A DNA stretch of 64,000 nucleotides from NCBI RefSeq assembly GCF_018350175.1, contig NC_058368.1, forward strand, positions 47,866,001 through 47,930,000, written 5' to 3'. Below the pieces are notes generated by a model. The model made no database searches, was not told where the DNA came from, and worked only from the letters and a program-made list of their open reading frames with translations. Numbering within the stretch: position 1 is the first letter of the stretch; each line of letters begins with the position of its first letter. Source of the stretch: Felis catus. Its lineage: Eukaryota. The position numbers and the translations under genes were made by a program. This document shows positions 38,260 through 49,064 of this stretch, piece by piece.

Positions 38260-38792
38260 CAATCATATTGATTATTCACTATGTGACAGGAAAAAGCCAG
38301 GTATTAGGGATAACGAAATATTATTTTAAAACATTCAGTGTCAACTAGGGAGAGATAAATAGGTTAAGAATTAGAGAACTAGAGTAAAAATGGAAACAAG
38401 GTTGTATGGGACCACCAAGAAGGACCAGTTTTCCTCCTCTAAGAGGAGGAGGAAAAGGGAGAGAGATCTTCACAGCTTTCTGCTTGTGAAGGATAGGGAT
38501 AAGTAGATCAAAGGAGAATGATTGCCCAAGGCAGAGGGAAGAACCCTGAGAAATTAATCAGCCAAAGGGTTCAGGGAGTGGTAAGTGTCCCGTAAAGGCA
38601 GAGTTTAGGATGAGGGAGGGATTGGGGCAGAAAGGAGGATGATCAAGCTCTGCAGGCCCCTCTCAGAACTCAGGACTTTGGTACCACATCAAGGAGTTGA
38701 GGTTTCATTCTGTAGGTGGTGGGGAGCCACTGAATAATTAGAAACAGGGAGGGCTAGGATCAGACTTTCATGTTAGAAAGATGATTCTACAA

Positions 38793-39003
38793 GGTGGCTC
38801 AGTCAGTTAAGCTTCCAACTCTTGATTTTGGCTCAGGTTATGATCTCACGGTTGGTGGGTTCGAGCCCCACGATGGGTTCCGTGCTGACATTGGGGAGCC
38901 TGCTTGGGATCCTCATTCTCTCCCTGTCTCTCTGCCCCTCCCCCACTCATGCTCTCTGTCTGTCAAAATAAACAGATTAAGAAAACAAACCCCCCAAAAA
39001 GCA
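38793..39003 (+). mobile_element. Can-SINE within an antisense L2 relic (~38110-39260)
   Basis: ggtggctcagtcagttaagcttccaactcttgattttggctcagg... Confidence 0.9.
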
Positions 39004-39289
39004 AAGTTTTAATTAGAGGCTGCCATGTTCCAGACTGGAGTGGCCAGTGGGCCTGGCAAGAAGAGGAAAGCTGAAGGATATTGAATTCACACTGTAAAAT
39101 TAAGAGAACTTGTTAAGTGATTGGATGCAGAGGGTTAAGGAGAAGAAAGAATTGGTGATGATTTCCGTATTTCTGGCTTGTGTTACTGGCATTAAACAAT
39201 TAAGAAATACGGAAAATGAGCATGTTTGAAGGAAACTTGAGTTTGAGATGCCTAAAAATTGAAAAAGATCTATCCCTTAATACAATAGT

Positions 39290-39635
39290 ATTGGCTGGCA
39301 TTTATTGAAAGCCCAGTAGATGCCAAATATTGTTGTAAATTGTATATTTTAACTGATATAATCCTCACAACCACCCAAGCAGCTATTGCTAGTTTATTTA
39401 ATCCAATCTAAGGTGCCATCAATTATAAAACACATCGTGATATCAAAGATGTTAAATGTCCTTCCTAGAATTGGTAAAAATATGGTATTATCCCCATTTT
39501 ATGGATGAAGAAACCAGAAAGAGAGATTAAGTAATTTATGCAAAATAATATATTTAGATCATAGAGGAACTGGGATTCAACCCTAAGGAGTCTGATCCCA
39601 GAAACTTCATTTAATCACTGAGCTATATCACTGCT
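39290..39635 (-). mobile_element. MIR containing a short Tc2/MER104-like insertion (~39388-39487)
   Basis: MIR core ccccattttatggatgaagaaacc...ctgggattcaaccc; insert tctaaggtgccatcaattataa...ctagaattggtaaaaatatggta. Confidence 0.5.
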
Positions 39636-39755
39636 TCATACATATGGATTTGAAAAAGAGTGATCTGGCACGGAGGTTGAGTTTTTAGCGCCATTAGTAA
39701 AAACATCTGTCATATGGCAAAGTGGGGATGGTGTTTACAGTACACGATTCATAAA

Positions 39756-39925
39756 TTTTTTTTAGGGGCAGAAGGGGCAGAGAGAGAGGGAGAGAGAATC
39801 CCAACAGGCTCCATGCCCAGTGCAAAGCCCAACATAGGGCTTGATCCCATGACTGCAAGATCATATCCTAAGCCGAAATCAAGAGTCAGGCATTCGTCTA
39901 ACCTACTGAACCACCCAGGCATCCC
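39756..39925 (-). mobile_element. Diverged Can-SINE
   Basis: TSD attcataaattt. Confidence 0.85.
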
Positions 39926-41110
39926 GTCAATTCATAAATTTGTGATAAAATAATTTAAGTTAAAATGGAAATAATATTAATAATTACAACCAATGCCTCT
40001 TTTGATACATTAACACTTCTTGGAACATCAGAGTACACCTATTTTAGGCAAATGTCCTACAAGAGAAATTAAAGATGTAACATCAACAGAGTTGCATATC
40101 AGAATTGTCCAAAGAAAAATTGGAAGTTTTCAGAAAGGAGGCAGTGGAGCAGTTGATTTTCTTGACCCATCAGCTTCTAACTTCCCTGAGCATATTGCTG
40201 TTTCCTCACATGTTTGGTGAAATGACAGCCAAGAGGTGGAGTGGGATGGGAATCTCCTTGAGATGATTGCCAGGCAAGTGTGCAAAATCAAGGCTGTGGA
40301 TTTGCATGTTAAGCTCACAGTATCTGCAATCCTGGGAACAATTAAATTTCTTACCTGTGGGCAGGTGTGTATTTGGCTACTTGCCTTTACTTATTAGGAA
40401 GACAATGTCACTTGGTGCAGTGAGTCACTTTTTGGATGCAATCCTTCTGACTCAGTAGTAGCAAATTTGTTTTGCAGGCACAATTTTTTTTTTCTTTCTT
40501 CTCTTCCACCCTACCCTCCCAGGATTATCAGCTCCCAATGGGGGAAGCAGAAGGGTGAATGGATAGGTTGTTAAATACAGAGACTCAGTTTATAGAATTG
40601 CAAGGGAAAGCTAAAAGAAAGATTTGGAGCCCACTCCTCAAGCCTTAACCAAGCCTTAACCAAGTCAAGAGGGTAAACAGAGAATAGCTCTGAGGAGGAG
40701 AGTTGCAGAAAAGTAGTTGTCTGGGTCCTCAGCAGAATCAGGTACAGATAGGCACGATTTTCCTTTGAAAAGAAGACAGTAGACTAGTCCTGGAAAGAGG
40801 GCTGCTTCGGGAGCCAGCCTTCCAGATGGGGTCAGTGTGAACAGCCCTCCAGCAGCTGCAGCTTAACCCAAACAATTGCACGTGTTTGTAAGTGCCTTTC
40901 GTCCAACTTGTTGATAGTGTAATGACAATAAACAGAGCAAATGAAGAAGCCACTTTGGCAAGGGATGGGTTTTCAAGAGGAGAAAGCCATGTTTTGGAGA
41001 AGGATTCTAAACTTCTTTTGACTTGCTGTGCTTTGGCTTCTGAAAAATGGATGGTTTCTTTAATTGGTTGTGGTTATTTAATCCCACTCCAGTTGAACCA
41101 TCCTCACCAA

Positions 41111-41111
<1 letters not shown>

Positions 41112-41158
<47 letters not shown>
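41112..41158. repeat. (TG)n microsatellite
   Basis: Directly visible. Confidence 0.97.
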
Positions 41159-41160
<2 letters not shown>

Positions 41161-41621
41161 AAATCTAAAACATTGTGTATTTGTTTAAAGAAGGGTACTT
41201 GGGTAGGAAAGAATTCTATTTATATCCCTTTGGCTATCATTGGCATAGTACAACCATCTCTGTGTTTTTACTTTTTATTTATTTTCTACCATGACCTCTC
41301 TATCTGCCCAACAACCCATATTAAGTAATCAGATCAGCTAGGTGATAAACTGCCTTATGTAAATCTTTTGAAAAGGAGGTGGCTTATAAATACATTCCAA
41401 GATAAATACAAAATAGTGAAAGCACCAAAGTGATCTCTGAGAGGATAAAAACAATTTCTTCACTAGCGAAAAGTTTGGCAAAGACAAGATTGGAGACTTG
41501 GAGGGAAAATATAATAATATAATAATGCTCTGAAAGGCAGAAGCGGGTGATAGACTGACTCTCTGGTGGGTGCCTGGGTAGGTGGAACCCGGGCAAAGCT
41601 TAGGGCAGAAACTCTTCAGAG

Positions 41622-42090
41622 AGTGTATCAGATATTACATTCTGCAGCTGCTAATAGGGACTGTGAAATGGCGTCCTCCACAAGAGTAAGGTTTATGTTT
41701 AACTCATATAGTGACAAGTCCAGAAGTAGACAAGCTGATCTGTTATATGGCAGCTCCTTGATGTCATTAGAGGCTAGGATCTCTGTTCTCATTCTCAGGC
41801 TTATATAATGGTTGTTAGAGCTCCAGCCATCACATCCATGACTCAGTTAGAAAAAAAGCGGAGGGAGATACTGGGCAAGGGAGCTCTGCTAGTTGAGACA
41901 GTTCCCTTTAAAGAGCTCTTCCTGAAGCCCTACTTACGAACATGCCTATCTTCAAAGGGCCTAAGGAAGGTAGCTTTCTGACCCAAACACCTGCTTCCCT
42001 CCCTGCTGCTTCCCTCCCAGTCCTTCTGCTAATAAGGAAACGGAGGAGAACATCATTGGGTAGAATCTGGTAGTCATTGCCATAATGGAG
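41622..42090 (-). mobile_element. Old MaLR LTR (MLT1J/L-like)
   Basis: caagtccagaagtagacaag...ggcagctccttgatgtcat...gagctccagccatcacatcc. Confidence 0.6.
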
Positions 42091-42137
42091 TGGGTGGGGG
42101 AGCAATAGATTAACAGCAATGAAGGCAAACCGTGCTT

Positions 42138-42378
42138 ATTTAATTAATTTATTTTTTTAAGTTTATTTATTTATTTTGAGAGAAAAGCATGTGCTTGCAC
42201 ACACATATGCTTGAGTGGGGGAGGGGCAGAGAGAGAGGGAGAGAGAGAATCCCAAGCGGGTTTCGCACTGTCAGCTCAAAGTCCAACCCAGCGCTGGATC
42301 TCAAGAACTGTGAGATCATGACCTGAGCTGAAATCAAGAGTTGGACGCTTAACCAACTGAGCCACCCAGGTGCCCCCA
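42138..42378 (-). mobile_element. Can-SINE
   Basis: TSD tgcttattt. Confidence 0.93.
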
Positions 42379-42958
42379 TGCTTATTTTATTATTTTAGTT
42401 AAGGTCAAATTTTTCAGAAGCTGAAGTACAAATGTTGCCTTTTTGCTAATACAGTTTAGCCCTGGAAATACACTACATTTCACTACATCCGGGTAGGGCT
42501 GAGTAATTGGGGCCAACAATTACAGAAAATTTGGAGATCACTGAAGAATTGAATATTGTTACTGACAGATCACAAAATTCTATAGGACTGTACTTCCTGA
42601 AAGAAGGTTACTGTTATTATTATTATTTTGAATGGTGTTTGACGAGGTGAATGTGGAACTGGCTCATTTTGTGTAAAGTTATTTTTCTCAGAGCTTGTAA
42701 GTAGCTGAATCTGCCTCCTTGGATCCCATATGATGGAGATGGAATGGTCCCAGGGGATCCAGAATAGAACTCTGTAGTCACTAGAACTTTTCTAATTAAT
42801 GTCAATGGTGTCATAAACAGTTTTGCAGTTGGTTTGGTATTTATATTCTAAAGATCACAAACCACTGATATCTATCTTGCAATCCTCTGTCTGCCAAATA
42901 GTCATTTATCTCTTCTCACAAAATTTCTAGAGGTACACATGTCCCTCACCCCAACCCA

Positions 42959-42959
<1 letters not shown>

Positions 42960-42998
<39 letters not shown>
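42960..42998. repeat. (CA)n microsatellite
   Basis: Directly visible. Confidence 0.97.
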
Positions 42999-43000
<2 letters not shown>

Positions 43001-46000
43001 GGGACCTAAGTAGCAAGTTCATTTCTAAAAAAAAGGTTAAAACAACAAAAAATCTTTTCTTAACTCTAACAACAATGTTACAATACATCAAATGAAGATA
43101 AGTCAAAGTAGTTGGTAATGTAGGTTCTATCATATTTGAAATGTTTATTTTGTCTTATAACTGGGATAACCTCATGGAAACAAAGAGTGGGTTTCATGGT
43201 GGCCATTACTACACATGGCAGTAGTAATCTAGAATATATCCCAGAACATTCGGCTGGATTGTGGATCACCAACTGACGCCAGAGAGCCTATGTGCTTGGA
43301 TTAGCTCCACTGGGCATGAAACAAGGCACAAAATGGACTGTTCTTTTCTTTTTCTAGAGAACTTCACATGTAGCTACACCCCCGTGTGAAAAATAGAAAT
43401 GATTTTTGTTTTTAAATTAGAACCAACTGAACCAACTCAAAAAAAATGTGGAAGGAATAAATTCAAGTGTGTGAAAGCATAAGGAGGCAAAAGGAAATAA
43501 TTCTATTATAATTATTTTTCAACAAGGGCTTACATCTGTTTCTAATTTATACAGATTATTGACACATCTGGATGTTTGGCCTTAGGAATTATAAGTTGCT
43601 GTGGTGGCATTTATTTTTTGAATCAACTCTTCAGACCACCCTGGAACTCAGGCAACTGGTTTGGAAAGAAGGTTGTGATATTTTAAATAAAGTTACCTTC
43701 TGGCATTTCAAAACCAGTGCAAATGGGATTCTGTCATGTTGTGTTTTATAAATTGTGGTTTTGCATTTTTGACACCTGCAGGAAAAATAAGACCAAAGCC
43801 AAAGGCCTAATGGCTTGACAATGACAAATTATAATAGCCAGATAAAGCTATCAAGGGGGCACTGGAGATGGGTGTAAGGTTAGCCATTCGCATTAACCAT
43901 GGGGGACCCTGGATTTCAGCAGAAACCAAATAGTAACCGAGCAAATGACTGATGCCAATGTTGTTTTAACATGGCCTGACAGAAGGATGCATGCCTACAC
44001 GGAAAATGGGATTGTTAAGAAGTATCGTTGATTAATACTTTACCTCTTGGACTGATTCCTTTTGTAATCAGGAGCTAACTTTTCTTCGTATGTGGTCTGA
44101 TTGTAGTAATTTATTCCAAGGGTATGAATGATGGGAATCGTGGAGCAGACCCTTAAGATTTTAGGAAACAAAAACACGATGAAACACTTATTTCATGGCA
44201 AATATTCCTTAAATGGAGTAGCATGATTTTATTAAAGGGAACAGAAGACCATACATCAAAAGCCTAATGTAAGCTGGCAGAAACAAAACAAAACCCTCTT
44301 ATAGTTCTTTAGTGTAAAGGTACAGTAGAAATAATTAAGCATACAATATGGTTCGGTTCATTTTGGGAAGAAGGGTCTAGAGTTCTCAGAGTAGATTTGG
44401 TTCTTTGTTTTTCTGTCACAGCAAACCTTGAAATTCTCTCAAGTTTCACTAGATAGGGTGATGTTGCACAGCAGACTGACATTAAAAAAAGGACATCTGG
44501 CTTGAGCTTTCTTTAGAGGCAATTATTGTGTTCCATTTTAAAAGGAAATGATCATATTTGTAGAATATCTGATATATTCTAGAAACAAACGTATCTGTTG
44601 TGCTGACATTCCTGTGTCTTTATATATCATTTTATTGAGTGCTTACAAAACAAAAACACCAAATGCATACCAATGCCTGAGATAAATGATAAAATGTTCC
44701 CAAGTATCAACCTAAAGTCAATTTATGAGGTGTAATGGAGGTCTGCTTTTTACAGCCTTTTTAGTAGAGATGGAACAGAAGACATCAGCATCGGTTGGCC
44801 CAAATCCAAAGACCTCACCTTGCAAAAGATACCTATGTAATTAGCAATGTTCCTATCTCCATTTCAGTTCAGTCTTCTATTTTAAAAGGCTAATAGGTGT
44901 CCATTGGGATCCAGTCATAGCCTCTGAGGAAGAATTCATTGCAACTCAGTAGGGTGGCATTGTACAATTTTGACTTGAATAGTTTAAAAACCAGTATCAC
45001 TTACATTATCACCTACAGTTCTGTCATTTTCAGGCCTCAGACCTCATGAATGTGTGATTCACAAAGCTAACTTAGAATATTTCTAGTTAATTTTGAGTGT
45101 CTAACTCTTGATTAAGCACAAATGGGCCTCTAATAGATGCTTTGATGAGGGAAGACAGAAATGAACATGAATACTGAGCTTTACAGATAACATGAACATT
45201 TCATTAAGTGAAACTTTGCCTTTTCTCTAAGTAGGGTGGAAGTCAGTGCCCTGCTACTGGAAATAATAATAATAGTAGGCTGGCTTGAGTTTTAATCTAT
45301 CCTCCCTTTTCCCTGTCCCACAGCAAGTGACACAGGCTATTTGCCCAGAGCAGGGGAGGAGGAAAGATTTTTGAAAAGTTTCCAGCACTTTTAATAATAG
45401 ACCTTTGCAAATGCTCATGCACACCAACAGTTAAATGGGGAAGGGGGTTTGGTCAAGCGCAGAAGTGGTGCTTTTCCAGGTAGATCACTGGAATGGGCTG
45501 GAATGCCCAGAAGACAGCCATTTTATTTCTAAGGAAATCTTTCCTTTCTCTTCGAACAAACTTTCCTTGGCCTCTATTGAAGGTACAAATCAAAGGACAG
45601 GAAGGAACAGGACTGGGAGAGAATCAGATGTAGAAAATGCCAGTTCAGAGAGAAGAACAAAGCAAGAGGGAAGAAACAGAGAAGCCTAAATGCAGGACTA
45701 CACCAGACCCTGATCTTCAAGGTGCAATTTCTCTGGTGTACTGTGCATCCAGACCTCATTCCTCCTCCTCTTTTGCTTCTGACTGGAAATAGAGAGCTGA
45801 TGAAATATGTCTTGGGGCAAATACCACTGCATACTTAAGATGAGGCAGTCCCAGAATGTTGAAGGTGGGAGGTGACACTGGAGGTCACCGGTCAAATTTC
45901 CTTTCCATAAGATGAGGAATCAGGGCTCAGAAAGGCGAAGGGATGAGTGGAAATCTCTAAGCATGACCCAGAGTAAACAAGCATTTTTGACTGGTTTTTC

Positions 46001-47064
46001 GCATCTTTAGTAAGAAGAAATGATAATTAAAAATATTCTGAACATGTAAAAAGCTATCTCTTAGTATTTACTGGGTATGTCAAGTATATTCTATACTGAC
46101 CCTGATGCAGTGAGGAAGAGATAAGGATGGGTTGAACACATTTTCTGACAATTTTGATGCATATAAAGCAGGTATTCGGTGGTATTATAAGCAGGATGAA
46201 CATAGGTGGCCACACTATGAAGTAACAGAAAGAAAAGGAACTTTCTCTCCAGGCTTCTAAGTCTCCTGTGTGAACAGGAATCATGTCAAACCTTTGCCCA
46301 TGAGGAGAGTTTGGCCTATCACATACTGGTGGGAGTAGGAGGAGTCTTCTGGATTTTTTGGTTTGTGGAGGTGGGAGAATTTCTCCCTTTAGCCATTCCA
46401 GAGGGCCCTTTGCTTAGTAAGAGTTGGAATCTTGAAGTGGTTTCTAGTCATTACCTGAATCATCAGGAAGGATTCTTACTATACTATTCTTCCTTTTCTG
46501 TTTTCTCTTCATCACATGGTGGCTCAAGGCTTTTTAGAAGATCTGCTCTGATTTCAGAACCTGTATGCAATCTTTCTCATTGTTTGTTTTTCTCTTTTGA
46601 CTGGTTAAATCACATTCATCTTTGATCTCTCACCAACCAGAAATTCCTCCTCTTTTGACTCATTCATTTCCTTTACCAGGAAATATGGAAAGGAACCCCT
46701 GTATTATCAGGTCTAAACCTTATGCGGCTTTCTGTTTTCTTTTCATCTAACCTTTAAGTTTCTCAACTGTATTTTGGATTTAAAATACTTGTTTTAAAAT
46801 CATTTCCAACAGAAGATTATATTTATTAATTAATTAGTAAGGCTTTTATTCCATATCATAACTTTAACCTTTTAGCACTAATATCTTTTTATTTTTCTGG
46901 ATTGAAGACTTTGTGCTTTACAGTTATCTAGAAATCTATAATTCTTCACTTTTCTTTACAAACTTGTCATGTAAACTCTTACAACCATTTCTTATAGTTT
47001 CTCTTTTTCACTTAAAATGTCTTTTGGATCATTGTGTTTCATATAGTAATATTAAATGTGCTGT

Positions 47065-47554
47065 TGTTACAGAAAATCTCTAAAGTCCAAATTTTGGACT
47101 CCTAAGCTTTGACCTCCAGTTTTCCTGATGAGAGAAAATGAGAGACTAAGAGAAAAATTACCAGGTGTACCCACAACTGCAAAGAAAAGACTCCCCCCCC
47201 CCCCCCCCATTTCCTGGAACCAGCCAGGGCGTGCCCGGTTGTGGTCTGACCTAAAGGCGGGAACCAATCAGGTTCTGCTGAGTGGTTTGACCTAAAGGTG
47301 GGAACCAATCAAGTTCTGCTGAGTGTTCAAATTTAAATGTCAACCAATAACAGCTCTGTAACCGCGAAAAATCCCTAACTTGTTTGTGCCTGTCTATAAA
47401 AGAAGCTGTAAGATCCTCGCTCGGGACCTCTTAGCATAACCGGTAACGAGTGCGCCCAGGTCCGGTTGGAACCTGCAATTAACGACCCTTGCTGCTTGGC
47501 TTTGACTCTGGACTCTGGTGGTTTGTTCTTGGGGGTCTTTCGAATTTGGGCATT
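47065..47554 (+). mobile_element. Solo LTR of a gammaretrovirus-like (ERV1) element, relatively young
   Basis: Starts TG; 41 bp tandem repeat with CCAAT boxes; TATAAAA at 47395; U5-like gggggtcttt end; ctgt on both flanks (47061-47064, 47555-47558); CpGs retained. Confidence 0.85.
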
Positions 47555-48267
47555 CTGTTTTCCAAAATGTCACTCCAGGTTAACCAGTCCTTTGAGATTT
47601 GGCTTAAATCCCTTGTCCCATGTGTGGTGAGAGCCTCAGTGCTTCTGAATGTCTTAGGCAATAGGGGACAGGACACTTCCATTTCTCGTGGCCTCTCCTA
47701 GCCCTGGACTCCTACTTCTGCTGATTGGCTTGGTCCATGGCTAACCATGCTGTTGCTACCACACATTCTCTGCCCCACAAAGGACACTGGCCAGGTCCTT
47801 CTTCTCACATTCCGAGGCTGTGTGTATAGCAGACATTCACTGAAGTTCATGGAAATTGAGTTGTTTAATTAACTAAAAGAAGTTTAAATAATAGCATCAT
47901 TAAAGTTAAATATGTAATATTGCAGTGCTCAAAACTCCTTGGTCCTTGGGAACTTTTTACTCTCTACCTGTTTTAGCAGCCGCCTGGTTTGTGATCCCCC
48001 TGTCTTTATTCCCCATCTTTCCTCTGGCCGCAGCGCCATCCCCTCAAATCTTGTTCTTTCTTACTTGAGAGTTTAATTATCTTGGTAAAGTCGTGCCTTT
48101 CACCGGGGCATCTCTTCAGGATCTCAACTTACAGCTAACGTTTCAGCTAGGTCTATTCGCAAACAAGACATTTTTTTTTCCCTGTAAAGAACTCTGGCAT
48201 TTGCTGTCAGTCTTCCCTGGCAGCACATCCCTTGTCCCTCCTTCCAAATTACATGAATTGATCGATT

Positions 48268-48488
48268 GATTTTAAGTTTATATGGAGAGAGAGAGCGTGC
48301 ACACCCACACACAGGCGCACACACATACATGCATGTGAGCAAGGAAGGGGCAGAGAGCAAGGGAGAGAGAGAATCCCAAGTAGGCTCTGTGCTAACAGAG
48401 TGGGATTTGATCCCACGAACTGTGAGATCATGACCTGAGCCAAAATCGAAAGTCAGAAGCTCAACCAACTGAACCACCCAGGCGCCCC
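48268..48488 (-). mobile_element. Can-SINE
   Basis: TSD caaatta(ca/tg)tgaattga. Confidence 0.9.
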
Positions 48489-48633
48489 CAAATTATGTGA
48501 ATTGAAAGCAGAGAAAACCATACCTTCTTTGGAGCAAACCTTTTGGTATTGTCATTATTTTAAAAGTCTTGTCTCATCTTATTTAAAAATATTTTTAATG
48601 TTCTACTTCATCTTATATCAAAAAAATCTCATG

Positions 48634-48860
48634 AGGGGCGCCTGGGTGGCTCAGTTGGTTAAGCTTCCAACTTGGGCTCAGGTCATGATCTCACAGTCTG
48701 TGAGTTTGAGCCCTGCCTCGGGCTTTGTACTGAAAGCTCAGAGCCTGGAGCTTGCTTCGTATTCTGTGTCTCCCTTTCTCTGTCCCTCCCCAGCTCACGC
48801 TCTATCTCTCTCTCAAAAATAAAAACAGACATTAAAAAAAACTTTAAGAATGAGAAAAAA
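48634..48860 (+). mobile_element. Can-SINE (SINEC_Fc-type)
   Basis: TSD aaaaaatctcatgag. Confidence 0.94.
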
Positions 48861-49045
48861 AAATCTCATGAGAAAATTATGAAAGCTACATTGTTGTCAA
48901 ATTTAATACAAGTGAATATAAGTGAAAGTGAAAATTGAACATGCTTTACCCCATTGTTGCATTAAACTTTGTTCCTTTCATTCCTCTCTAGTAATTCAAG
49001 GTTATACATTCTATTCTGCTTTTCATGGCTAGGGTAAACCTAAGC

Positions 49046-49064
49046 GGGGGGGGGGGGGGGGGGG
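49046..49064 (+). repeat. G19 homopolymer
   Basis: Directly visible. Confidence 0.95.

Noticed and set aside
40630..40655. 11 bp tandem duplication aagccttaacc x2
   Set aside because: Ordinary slippage duplication with no sign of function
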